In this document: piece by piece, positions 11,604 through 24,497 of the stretch
How positions within the stretch are numbered: the first letter of the stretch is position 1
How the letters are laid out: each line of letters begins with the position of its first letter
Assembly: GCF_036321535.1 (NCBI RefSeq)
Contig: NC_087437.1
Location: forward strand, 76,758,001 to 76,822,000
Direction: 5' to 3'
Length of the DNA: 64,000 nt
Source: Camelus dromedarius
Taxonomy: Eukaryota
The notes under the pieces: generated by a model
Told to the model about the DNA's origin: nothing
The model's input: only the letters and a program-made list of their open reading frames with translations
Databases searched by the model: none
Translations under genes and position numbers: made by a program

Positions 11604-13467
11604 TCATTAAATCATTGAATCCTCCCACTAAACATGGAAAAATAGTGAAACCATGATTCAAATCCTGGTTTCATCCCTCTAACGTAAATGATCTTTTTAC
11701 TTAATACAGCTGTTTTTGTAGTTAGGATGCCAAAAGTAGTTTTTGAAGATTTATTTTCATAGGAGGAGTAACTACTCCCCACTTTATAAAAGTATCCATA
11801 ACAAAGGTGATATAGTAAGGATGAATAATTTTAGGCTCTTAAAGGGGTTTGTGTGCACTGACATTTGGTCTTTTTTTCTGCCCATAGTACCAAATCGCCT
11901 GACTTAAAAAAAATAAATGCAGACTGAGTGAAAGCATCACACTCAGTCTCCACTATGTGGACTAGAATGTGTAAGCTGTACTCTGTATATTGTGCACTTC
12001 AGTTACCCAGAGACCTGTTGTCATGTTTACTATGGAGATTGTTGTTGTGCCACAGGTATGAACATTTATCTGTTTGTGCTCTGTCATCATTACTGGTTTT
12101 TGCCTTTTAAATAGACTATCAAATTAACACATTAAAGTGACATCCCCAATTCCCATGGAACATTTGAATTATGTATAGCAGTGTGTGTTTTAATCATTTG
12201 TTTTAATCATGTTCCTCACCCAGCAGGTTAAAATGAAAGTTATAGAAATCAAAAAGTGTAGCATCAAGTCACTATAACTGTTTCAGATAGATTACAGTTG
12301 TTAGTACCTAAATGAGGAGATGCTTTTGCAAATGTTTGTTTTTCTGTTTGCTTTGTGAGGCCTCCGTCCTTTAAAAATGTATTTCCTACTAAAGATTTGT
12401 TAGGCTGCAGCATCAGTTGACAACAGAATATTTCTTTTTTCTTTTATACCTGGATACTCTTTTTCCAGACTGCCTAGTTTTCTTGGGAACTGTGATGCTG
12501 GTCACAACATGACAACAGACCACTTTCCTTTCTCTGCTTTCAGAGGAGACTTTAGTGCACTCATGGAGAAGGAGCCAAGGACCAGATTTTGGTGTAACTG
12601 GCTTTGGCCCTGTGAATGAATGTTTCCCTAGTATTGAAAAGCTGGTGGCAAGATACTAGAACCACAAAGGGGTTTTTGGGGACATGCATTCAGTGAAGAA
12701 AACAAAATCTCTGAGAACACCCAACACATGATAGGTAATGTTAGCTTCTGTTGTAACTTATAAGCTCAAATAGGGCATTTCTTTTGAGTTCTCTGGCACC
12801 TTTGCCACCAATGGCTTTCCTTGAATGAATGCAGCAGGAGTGGATTCACTGGCTGTACATAAAGAAACTGCTCATTTCTTATCTCAGTGCTGGAAGGTCA
12901 CCTGGCTTGCATGTCAGCTATGACCTCAGGGATGTCAGCCAGTCTCCTGTGGTGCAGTCAGCCCAGTAATCATGCCCTGTCAGTGAGGCAGTCACAGAGT
13001 TCCATGCGGACAGAGGTGGGGGTTGTTTTCACCCTAACTTTTGTATTTTCTTTCTTAAACTTTCATGGATAAAGACAAATTGTACTGTTTTTTGAGAGAC
13101 ATGTTTGGTGTGCCTTGGGCTAGAGACCAGGTATTTCTGCCCTTGAATTTTTATATCATTGTGTAAGTTTCAGTATTTTAGAAAAAGTATGCATTTGATA
13201 ACAGTGACTTTTGAAAGTTTTGGGGAGAATCTTTTGTTTCGGTGCAGTCCTGTGCTATAGATGACATACTGACTATAAGAGAAATTAAATGTTTGATTCA
13301 AGGTTGCACAGTTACTCCTTGGTAGATTTGTGATAGTACTACATCCTTTGGCCTTTTGTCGGGTACTCTTTCTTTACATTGTGCTTTTTAAGGATGTTTA
13401 AGGCATTTTAAAATTAAATTGCACTGGGTGTAAGATAGGCTACAAGGATGTATTTGAATCTTCTTAA

Positions 13468-13940
13468 ACCAGAGACAACTAATTGTTCTTAATATCCATT
13501 GTCCTTTTCTTATCTAATAATAGAACCCCTAGTTTTAACTTGGCACATGGTCACCCAGCATAAAGACGACATTGTCCCAGCCTCCCTTGCAGTTATAGGT
13601 AGCTCTGTGACTAAATAATCTTCAGTGGGATTAGGGGAAGAAATGATGTGCACGGCTGCCTGGGCACACCTTTATAGGGAAGATATAACCTTGTATTTTC
13701 CTTTTATCTTTCCTATTCATGAGAGTAGTGATGTGGTCATGCTCCATTTTGGGCATGACTGACAAGGGCAAAATCCTAAAGACAGAGAGGAAGCTAGTAG
13801 GAACTTGGGTCCCTGATACTACGAACTGTCTTGCTAGCCCTGGTTTGCTTATGCCTAGGCTTTTCTGCAAGAGAGAGAGAAAGATTCACCTTGCTCTAAT
13901 CACTGATGCTTAGATCTCAGTTACAGCAACTGAACATGTA
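13468..13940 (+). mobile_element. MLT1J-like MaLR solo LTR
   Basis: 'aatatccattgtcc...taatagaacccctagttttaacttggcacatgg...cccagcctcccttgcag' matches the recalled MLT1J consensus. Confidence 0.85.
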
Positions 13941-14119
13941 GTGCAACTTAATAATTTGAAAATTTAATGCTGCAAGTTAATATTTTATCACTACTAAATT
14001 TAAATGTAATATATGGACATTATGCTTAAATGTCTAGCAGTCTTGGAATTAAACTGCTACCATCACATGTTACAGGAGATGGCTTTCCGTTTCACTCGCA
14101 TTTCTTACAATAACTTATG

Positions 14120-14606
14120 CAGCATGACTCCTGACGTTGCCTCTTTAACATTCCCCATTGCTCTCTCCTCTCAGTAGGCTCCAGCCATACGTACCTCTTT
14201 GCTGTTCTTAAACATTCCACACGTGCTCCATGGTCCCTCTTCAGAGTATATGTTGTTTTACTGTTGCTGTTAGTTTTTTTTCCAATCCCTCTTCTGCAAA
14301 TCTCTTTGCCTAGAAATCTACATATATCTCTATTTCCACAATTTTAGCATTTTGCTCAATTGTTAATTTTTCATTAAATCCTTCCCTGACCACTTAATAA
14401 ATTTTACTCTCCATTGCTTGATACTCACATCCTCTTTGTACACTTTCTTTTCCTCCATTTGTTTATGTCCATTTTTCCCCTCCTCACTGAAGTACTAGCT
14501 CTATGAGAGCAGGGACTTTGCCTGTTAGTCCATTGCTGTGTCCCCAGCACACTGCCTGGCACCAAGAAATCACTGGATAAATACCTATTGAATGGATGTA
14601 TGAATC
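14120..14606 (+). mobile_element. L2a 3' end
   Basis: 'agctctatgagagcagggactttgcctg...ccccagcacactgcctggcac...ttgaatggatgtatgaat'. Confidence 0.82.
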
Positions 14607-16297
14607 AACCACTAAGTGTGTGGACAGATATAAATAATGCTATATCTGTTTAAGGGTGATATTATTCTGATAACTCATTTTGCTTTCTGAAATACCTATG
14701 AGAGAAATACATTGGCTCTTCTAGAGGTAGTAGCTCTTTCAGTGAAGCTATGACTTGAAAACATCATAGTCTGGTAGGAAAAATTCATTCATTCACACAT
14801 ATTATTAAATTTCCTTAACACATTACTAATCTCTGATCTTGAAATAATTAGAAAAAAAGCCTAAAATTGCAAAGCTTTTAGGGAACAGTTTATTACATGT
14901 ACTCTGCAATCTTATTACATGTTTTAATATTATATATCATATCTTTATTTTCCCAAAGTAAGAAATCTGTGCTAAATCCGCCTTGAAAATAAAAGTAAAT
15001 GCAGAACAAATAATCCTTTCTTGTGATGACACTAACCAAAGGCTTAACACTATAGTGAAAATGGATTTATTATACTATATTTATGTTTCAAAAGTGTCAT
15101 ATTACTCTACTTTTGTGAGTCAGATTAAGCCAGCTCTTAGTCTTGAGTCCTGAGGTTAGACCAGAAATGTAGTATCAGGTATTTTTAAGACACTTCCTTC
15201 CATTCAGGAACTCAGGGCTTACATAGATCTGGAAAGCTAGGTGTAGGGATCATTCCTAGGCCCTGGGGGCTGCAGTCCGTACCACCGCTTCAGATGCAAC
15301 ATGCACCTCCATGTTGGGCTCTGCTGCTGTGCATGAGGTGGTGCTGTCCCTCACAGCCATGCTCGCTGCCTGCCGACACACAGCCAACTCTGTGTCTTTG
15401 ATGTCTGCTTTCAAATCATGGTGTCAAGTTTCCCACTCCATCAGCACTCATTATCTTTTCCCCTAAGAACCCTTGTTTCTGCCCTTTGTGGAGACTCCCC
15501 AAATCTTGTCCTCTCTCTTACATATAGGAAACTACTTCCTTTTTCCAATATACTCTATAAAACTCTGTGTGAGCCATAAAATGTCATCCTGTCACTGCCT
15601 ATAGTCTTGAAAACTAAAGCTATTTATTTCAGCTCTAATTAGGACACAAGTTTAAGGAGTTTAATAAGACTTTTAAGGAGACATTTTAGTGTCAGAAAAA
15701 ATTGTGAAAGACTTTGAAATGATCAGACAAGATTACTAATTGTTCTACCTAGTGCAACCCTCTCAGCCATCTTTATCTTTGGTTTTTCTTTGAGCTATTT
15801 TACATAGCCATTTTTAGAAAACTGATACTACTACTAGTAATTTTTGTGCACAGAAATGCAAATGAAATATGTCAAGTTGAATGCAATTGATTATTGCCTT
15901 ATAGATGTTGACCAGTTCTGCATCGATCTGTAAATTTATTTCAGAATTCTTGATTGCCTATACTGAAGATTTTGAGAGTCATAACATTTTACTGGTTCCC
16001 TCAGTTACCAATGAGGCAGATATGACATTTGACATGTATTAGTTTTGTATTTGTATGTGAGCCATGATTTTATCTTTTAAAAAATCCTTTTATATTAGAG
16101 GCACAATGATGACTTCTTCTTCTTATGAAGGGGCCATGGAAAGGAAATGCATGAATATTAGTGTTTCTCGGAACATCCAGTGTAGACAAAAACAAAACAG
16201 AACAAAAAACATTAACAACAAGGAAGAACAGCAGTTAGTCAGATTTTTCATATTAATTCTCTATTACTCAGTCTTTTTAGGTCTGCCCACTAGAGAA

Positions 16298-16739
16298 TGT
16301 CAGTCACCATCTGGCTCTATAAGGATTGAGTCCTTAGCCACTGTAGCCACTGACATATAACACACTGTGAAAGGAATTCAGGGTGGAGATCAGGAAGGAG
16401 GCATCTGTGCTCTGGGAAGAACTGGCAGAACAGGCCTTCAGATAGATATTTTCAGGAGAAAATTTTTATGAACTTGGATTCTTGCATCTTCCCATACTTA
16501 GATAAGCACTAAAACCGTTAACTAAGATACCTGTTCTTGTGACTAGCAGCAACCTTCTACCAAGACATGTGCTTGCTTGCAGAAAATCACATACATACTG
16601 CCCTCCCTCTTACGTCTTCAGAACAGTTTCTCAGAGCTCCTGAGAGGCTTCTCCTGGGCTATAGTTCTCAGCAAGACACTGAATAAATTCGACTCACAGC
16701 TTTTACCTTTTGGGTTTTTTTTTTTTCCTCCAGTCAACA
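16298..16739 (+). mobile_element. ERV1-like solo LTR (artiodactyl type)
   Basis: TG...CA ends and AATAAA at 16682-16687 ahead of a T-rich U5. No clean TSD, so the 5' boundary is approximate. Confidence 0.75.
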
Positions 16740-17081
16740 TGTCAGAATTCTGAGCTTTAATGATACTCATAAAAAACAGTTGAATTAAGATATTTTATTA
16801 AAAAACCTGTTTTGCTTTGCTGACCCTTTGCCACATACTAAGAAAATTTTAGAATTGATTCATTTGTGTATCTGGAAGAAAAAGACCATCAATGTTCAAT
16901 AAAACCTTTAAAAAATCTATAATTAATTTGTGTTATATTAAAATGGAACGTGTGGAATTTCATTCCAGGTCTGGGCTACATTTTTCTTTCGCATATAAAA
17001 GTTAATTTATTTAAAACATTTTTTAAAAGAAAATTCTTAAGTATATTAATGTAAAAATGATTTCAGGGGATATAATCACAC

Positions 17082-17451
17082 TGTTAAATAACAAAAATTC
17101 AACTGAGTAAATTTTAAAGATCTAATTGGCTTTATTGAATGAGTCATGCCTCAGGCAGCATCCCATCTAGCAGGTAGAGAGGTGCTCCAAGGAGCTGTAC
17201 AAAATAGAAAGGTGTTAAAAGCAGGTAGGGGAGGGAGAAGGAGAGAGTCGATGACCTCATCTTCCTTCAGTTGATGGAAAAGGGCCTATGTGGTGGGTTA
17301 CCTCATTGGTGCTGACCAGAAGATTACAGACTGACAGATCTTCATTCCTGGGGAAGTTGTAATTGCAATTAGGTTAGGTATTAAGCCTTGGTCTGGTGAA
17401 GTGGGCTTAGCACAAGGGCTCTATTTTGGGTGTGATGTCTCTTTTTTATCA
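17082..17451 (-). mobile_element. ERV1-class solo LTR (370 bp)
   Basis: TG...CA ends, 4-bp TSD ACAC (17078-17081, 17452-17455), minus-strand AATAAA at 17131-17136. Confidence 0.85.
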
Positions 17452-18177
17452 ACACTGTTAGGAATAGACTGGTGATTGTTGCCCTAAGAAATCTCTCTTT
17501 ATTAATGTATTTGTATGTGAAAACTCCACAAATTACATCATATGTCATCTTTATCTGCCCATGAAACATGTTGGCAAAGCTGAAAGTTAGTTGGATTAAT
17601 TTTAATGAAAATTCCTATTGAGAAATTATGTGGTTTTGACAGGTATATCCAAAATTTCTTTATTTTCTACCTACTTTCCTCAAATTATTCTATGATAGAG
17701 AATACTTAAGATAGTTTTAATTTTTTTCCATTGTAATTTAAGAGGTCTCTGGATGAACAGTAAAAGTAATAACTGATTTTCAATATTTCATCTCTGCTTG
17801 ACTCTCTCCTGACCCTTAGTTTGGAAAGGATCTGCTGATTGATTATTAGATCAATATTGAAGATTAATAGATCAATATTGAAGAAGTTTAAAAAATCTTA
17901 AATACTAAAAATGCAAATAATTCAGAGCCTGCAAATTTAATTTATAATCATCAAAAATTGACCAAAAATAGGATAGAAAATTATGTTTAATTATTTTGTT
18001 GAGGGGAAATAAAAAGAATTATGTCAAAGTCACATACTTAAAATAACCCTTGTGATAAGCAATATGATTAAGAGAAGAATTTCTGAGTAGACAGCATTAT
18101 ATATTAAGTCCTTCAGTATCTACCTATTTGACAAAGTTTTCAGTGCTTTAAAAATCCAAAAGCTAAATGAAACTGGC

Positions 18178-18445
18178 TGAAGAATAGTCAGTTTACAATG
18201 TTGTGTCAAGATATTGAATATAGTTAATTCCCTGTGCTATACAGTATAAACTTAGTGTTTACATATTTTATATGTATTAGTATCTGCAAGTCTTGAAGTC
18301 CCAATTTATCCCTTCCCACTCCTTTTCCTCTCTGGTAACCATAAGTTTGTTTTCTGTGTCTGTGAGTCTGTTTCTTTTTGTGAATAAGCTTGTCTTTTTT
18401 TTTTTTTAGATTCCACATGTATCAAATAGTGTATTTCTTTCTCTT
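18178..18445 (-). mobile_element. Short L1 3' UTR fragment lacking a poly(A) tail, flanked by a 17-bp direct repeat
   Basis: Homologous to the L1 3' UTRs at 51.1 and 58.5 kb. TAAATGAAACTGGCTGA occurs at 18164-18180 and 18517-18533. Confidence 0.88.
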
Positions 18446-18448
18446 TCT

Positions 18449-18479
<31 letters not shown>

Positions 18480-18517
18480 TTTATATATAAATGAAAATAT
18501 ATATATATCATATATAT
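18435..18517. repeat. Compound (CT)n(AT)n microsatellite
   Basis: Read directly from the sequence. Confidence 0.9.
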
Positions 18518-19224
18518 AAATGAAACTGGCTGAGATCTGAACATTGTCAGGTACATTTAAAACTAGGTATCAAAGGGTAATAGATTACAAGTACGATAGG
18601 GATGATAAAAATGCTTTGATTTGAGGGGAAACTAAAATGGAATAAGTGTAACTGAGTAACAAAGGAAAACATCTTTACATCTTTCACTCAGATATATGGA
18701 TTTATATTATGGGGTAAATTTTTTAAGGCCACCACATTAATCTGCTCCAAATATATCCTGTGAAAAGGAATACCAGCTAATTGGGATGAACTATTAGGGG
18801 TTAGTTTATATGGTGTATTTTCTGAATAAAATAATTGTTTTCTAAAGGATTTCTTATGTTTATTAGTATCTGTGTTTTGGAAAAAGTTGGGTGTGAATAT
18901 AAATAAATTCAATTTGACCACTTATTGAGAGTTTACTCAATACCAGACACCAGCCAAGTAATTTTTCATGTTGCACTTCATTTCATGCTCTCAGTATCTT
19001 TGAGAAATGTCACTGAATCCTTCAGTCTCCTTTGATTTGCTAGTGTTGACATTTACCTTAACTGCAGCCGCTTCTCTGCTGTTACCTTTTTATCCTTGAT
19101 CCATCTCTGACTTTGCTCCTGGATATCATGCATTTTATTACACTGCCCATTAGAAGACAATTCAGTCTATGTGAGAAACTACTATTTCCTTTATTAAAAA
19201 AAAACCCAAACTATTGCATCTTAA

Positions 19225-19470
19225 TCATAATTTTTACTACTCTTGAGTAAGTTTTATATGTTAAACACTGTTCTATACCTTTTCATACATTATTTAATCT
19301 TCAGGATAACTCTTATGTGTTAGATACTGTGATTACCCCCAGTTTTCTGCCTAGAGAGCATAGGGCAAGACAAGTTATAAAAATCATCCAGTGCTACAAA
19401 ACAATGGGTTGACAGGTCTGGGATTAAAATTTTCTTGGTCTGACTTCAAAGCTTACTCTCTTAATTTTTA
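19225..19470 (-). mobile_element. MIR
   Basis: 'catacattatttaatcttcag...gattacccccagtttt...ctgggattaaaat...tctgacttcaaagc'. Confidence 0.6.
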
Positions 19471-19529
19471 TAGGATGCCACCTCCCTGGAAATTGGTATT
19501 ATACCTTACTCCAACATTACATACACACA

Positions 19530-22500
19530 CATTTAAAGTAAAATTTACATACAGTGAATGGACAGATCCTAAGTGTACAATTCAGTGAGTTTTGAGAAAT
19601 GAGTATCTTTTAATCACCGCACAGTCAAGATATATAACATATAAATCGTATCAGAAAATTCCCTCATCCTCCTTCAAGAAAACCCACAATCAAATAGGTA
19701 AACATAGTTCTGATTTTTATTTCCATGGAGTAGTTTTTCCCCCTCTTGAACTTCGTTATCTTTAGCTTCTTCCACCTCACCATAATGTTTCAACATTCTT
19801 CCATGCTGTGTGTATGAGTAGTTCAGTTTTTCACTGTCATACTGCATATCTTTTGTTAATTTTTATGTGAGTATTTTTTGGTTTTAATGCTGCTTAATTT
19901 AAATGATTTTGTTTTGTTTTGTTTTTAAAATCTTGTTTTCTATTTGCTTTTGCTGCTAATGTATTGAAATACCATGGGATTTTTGATCATACCCTTCATA
20001 ATTGGTAAATTCGCTTATAAGTTCTTGTTATCTGCTAAATTGTGTTTTCTCAAAATTCATGTGTTGAAGCATAACCCCTGGTACCTCAGAATGAGTATTT
20101 TGAAGATAGGAGCTTTTAAAAGGATGACTAAGTTAAATTCAGGCCCTTAGAGTAGGCCCTAACCCAGTTTGACTGGTGTTCTTGTAAGAGGAGGAAATTT
20201 GGACAGACAAAGAGACAGGCAGGTATGCACACACAGAGGAAGGGGCTTTTGAGCACCCTGAAAATTTGACGATCTGCAAGCCGCAGATAGAGGCCTCAGA
20301 AGAAACTAGACTTGCACTTGCCCTGATCTTTGACGTCCAGCCTCCAGAACTGTAAGAAGATAAATTTCTGTTGTGTGAGCTACTCACACTGTGGTATTTT
20401 GTTAGGACAGCCCTAGGAAACCAGTACAGTTCTTATATATTTTGGAGTAGGTTGCTTAGGACTTTGAGAGCATAAGTGTTCATGCCCTCATCAAATATAG
20501 AAACTTATTTCTTCATTTACAATATTCATCTCTTTTTAAATTGCATTTGTATTAGCTGGATGTATTATAATAATGATGAAAAGAAGTAGAAAATAATCAT
20601 ATTTCTTGTCCCAGCCTTAGCAGGGAAGTGTTCAGTATGTCATATTAAAATTATATATGATGCTAGCTGTAGGTTTTTCATTTTACACCATTTATCAATA
20701 ATGGATGTTCCCTTCTGTTCTTAGATTTCTGAGTTTGCTTTGTTTTTGAATAACAAATGGTTGTTGAATTTTGTCAAGCACTTTGTTTCAAATTAGGATG
20801 ATTATGTGATTTTCTTCTCTATATTTTGTTAATATGGTGAATTATATTTATTTTCAAATATAAACCAACCTTGTATTCCTAGGATAAACCTTGATGTATC
20901 TTTTATGTATAGATAGCCAAGTTCTATTTTTTAATAATTTGTTAAGGATTTTGTTTCCATAATTATGAGAGATTTTGGTCTGTGGTTTTCTTTTGTGGCA
21001 ATATTTAGCCAGGTTTTGGCATCAAAGTTATGCTGGTCTCAGAAAATAAGTTGGGGGGTGTACTTTCTGTTTTCTGAAGGATTTTTGTAAGTTTGACATA
21101 ATTTCCTAAAATATTTGATAGACCTGGTCATTGAAATCATCTGGATTGAAGCTTTAGATAAAAAAAATTCATTGTTTTTGATGGATACAGGTCTATTCAT
21201 ATTTTCAATTTCCATGTGTTAGTTTTGATGAGTTGTGTTATTTTTCCCTTTTTTTTCCATATAATCCATTGCATTTATTGTCATACAATTGCCTTACTAT
21301 CATTTAAAAGTCTTTAGTATCTGTAAAGGCATTCCCTTTTATTTCCTTACTAATTAATTTCTGTTTTCTCTCTTAATTTCTGGACCAGTCTATTTTTATT
21401 TTCTACTTTTTAAATTTCTGTTCTTATTTTTATTACTTCCTTTTGCCTATGCATAATTTGTTCTTCTTTTTCTAATTTCCTAAAGTAATAATTTAAGTCA
21501 TCAATTTAGACCTTTCTTTGTTTCTAGTAAAAGTTTCTAAAGCTATGCATTTCCTTCTAAGCACTTCATTTTGCAAATTTTGATATACTATATTTTTATT
21601 ATTAGTTAGTATTAAATCAGAAATAATTTCCAATGCCTTTGGTTTCTTCCCAGTTCCAGGTAATTTAGAATACAGTGTAGATTGTTTAATTTTCTTACAT
21701 TTGGAGCTTTTTAGATATCCAGGTTATTATTAATTTTTAAATTTAACTTTGTTATTGACTTCTATATTGAATTCAGTTTTGATGTGAATTAATTTTGAGC
21801 ATCTTGCAATTTAAGATTTATCTTTGTCCAGATATGGCCGATCTTGCTGAAAATTTAATATGCATTTCTAGAGATGATTTTTCTGTCTTTGTTGGATGAA
21901 GCATTCTATGAATGTCAGTTAGAACAAGCAGTTTGATATTGTAAATTGTAAAAATTTTCTAGTTTTTTGTATAGCTTTTTAAAATTAATTACTGAGAAAG
22001 AAGTGTTTAAACTTCCATCTATGACTATTGATTTATCTGCCTGTTAGTTTTTGTTTTTTGTTTCTCATGTTTTGAAGCTTTGTTATTAATGTATATACAC
22101 ATTAAGGATTGTTGTGTCTTCTTGATGGATATACTTTTTTATTATCATAAAATGTTCCTCTTAATTTCTGGCAATATTTCTTGTCTTGAACTCACAGTTT
22201 GCTTATATGAATATAACTATTTTAATTTTTCTGTGATTAGTATTTGAATGGCATATATATTTTAATCCTACTTCTTTTTATTTTAAATGCCTTTTTTATG
22301 GGCAGCGTATAGTTGGGTTTTGCTTTCTGTTATCAAATCTAAAGTCTCTTCCTTTTAATTGTAGTGTTTAACAGTTTACATTTAGTCTAAATATTAATTC
22401 AGTTTGAATGAAGCCTATTATTATGCCATTTGTTTTCAGTTTGTCCCACCTGATTTTTGTTTTTCTCTTCCTTCTTTCCAGCCCTTTTAAAAAATCACTT

Positions 22501-24497
22501 TAATATTTCAGTTTAATATTTTGGTTTGATTCCTCCATTGGTTTTAATTATATACCTTTGTGTTATTTTTACTGGTTTTCTAGGCATTGTATATATCTCC
22601 TTAATTTGTCACTCTACTTAGAGTTAATTTTGTACCTCTTTATCCTCTCATTGTTTGTTATTTTTTTAATACTTTGTAGTATTTACAGACATCATAAACC
22701 CAACAATATAGTGCTATACTCTTTTGCTTTTAGCAAGCATAGGTCCTTTAAACAAATTAAGGGAGAATTTTGGTTTTATATTTACTCACATATTTATCAT
22801 TTCCAGTGCTCTTTCTTTCTGTAGATTTATGTTGTATATATACCTTTGGTCCATACACTCTGTTTTCCATTTTTAATAATACAAATCTGATATTTCATGG
22901 TGATGCATTCTCAGCTTTCACTTACCTGAAAACCACTTGATTTCTCACTAATTTTGGAGTATTTTTAAGAAAAAAAAATTCAGAATTGACTTATATTTTA
23001 TAGAATATCAAAGGTATTGTTCTCTTGTCTTCTGGCTCTTATTGCTTCAAGTGAGAGCCAGCCCTCATACATATATTTATTCCCCTGTGTGTTATTTGAC
23101 TTTTTATGTCTGGCTGCTTTAAAGATTTTGTCTTTATATTTGGTTTTCAACAATGCGACAGTATATACCCAGGTGTGGTTTTCTTTGTATTAATCCAGCT
23201 TGGATTTAATTTAGATTTATGAATTTGCAAGTTAATATTTTAACAAAACTTGGTAAATGTTTGGCCATTTCTTTGAACATATTTTTGTAATCCACTTTTC
23301 TCCTTTCCTTCTTGGACTCTACTTCATATATATTAGACTTGATGCATATTACCTGACAGGTCATTGAGAACCTGATTTTTACTATTCAATCTTTTATTTC
23401 TCAGTTCTTTAGATTATCATTTCTTTTAATCTGTCTTTAATTTTACCATTCAGTTCTCTTTTCTCTTCAATCTGCTTTTATGTCCATCAAGGAAAATTTT
23501 CCTGTTGTATATTGTAATTTTCCATTCTAGAATTTATGTTTAGTCCTTTCAAAAAATAGTTTACATTTTCAATGCAAGAATTCCCTACTTTTTATTTATT
23601 ATGAGCATAGTTTTGGTTTACTACATTGAACCTATTTACAATAGTTACTTTAAATTCTTTGTCTGCTAATTCCAACATTTTAGACACATTTTGTCTGTTT
23701 CTATTGACTGCTTTTGCATGTGAACGTGATAGTTGGTCATATTTTTCTGCTTATGTAATTATCTGCTAATTTTTTCATAGAATTTCTGATTTATTGTGAT
23801 TGTTGATTCTATTATCCTCCCCTGAAGAGTGTTGCTTTCTGTTCTATGAGACAGACAGTGCACTTAGTTGTCGATCACTTTGAGTTTGTGCAGACTTATT
23901 TTTAATGTAAAAATCTTGATTTCAGGTAAAAACCTGAGGTGCCTACCAAGTTCCTCTAATGTGGACGAATTCACACTCCATACTCTTATGGAGTGGGAAA
24001 TCCCTGAAACCCCTGCTTATTAACTTTGAGCTTTCCAACTCTTATCTTCCTTCAAGGTTCTTCACATCTTCCCTATGTGTTTGCCATTCAGAGGTCAGCC
24101 AAGAGTATAAGGGAAGAATATGTGATAATTTTGGGTCTTCCTCCATTGTTAGATCTTTCTTTATGGAATTTCATCCCATGATTTTCACCATACTACTTAA
24201 TTTGATGCCTAAAGCAATAAAACAAAACAAAGTAAAATAAAATAAAGTGAGAAAAAAAAAAGCTGTAACTTTTTGCTTGATCTCTGTTTGCCAGCCCTGT
24301 ACAGACTTGGGAATGTCCTCTGGGGAAAAGCCATATAAATGTGAATTCTATCGTGTGTACTTCCTTTTCTGCAAGAATTAAAGTTTCTGTTTTTTGCCTT
24401 TTTGGTCATTTTCCAGTGTGTTAATTTTTTTTTTAATCTTTTGTCCAGATATTATCATTATTATCTGCCAGAGGGCTAGTCTGGTGACAGGAAGCCA
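19530..24497 (-). mobile_element. Ancient L1M (L1MC/MD/ME group), near full span with internal deletions, interrupted by MLT1B
   Basis: 3' UTR 'aaaatttacatacagtgaa...cctaagtgtacaattcagtgagttttgag', T-rich ORF2 and ORF1 remnants across 20.4-23.8 kb, and a 5'-end-like 'tttgtccagatattatcattattatctgc'. Confidence 0.85.
20026..20428 (+). mobile_element. MLT1B-like MaLR solo LTR nested in L1
   Basis: TG...CA ends, perfect 5-bp TSD GTTCT (20021-20025, 20429-20433), and 'cagcctccagaactgtaagaagataaatttctgttg'. Confidence 0.95.

Noticed and set aside
17841..17884. 21-bp tandem duplication (similar ones at ~12187, 26662 and 42209)
   Set aside because: Ordinary slippage-type micro-duplications with no evident functional content.
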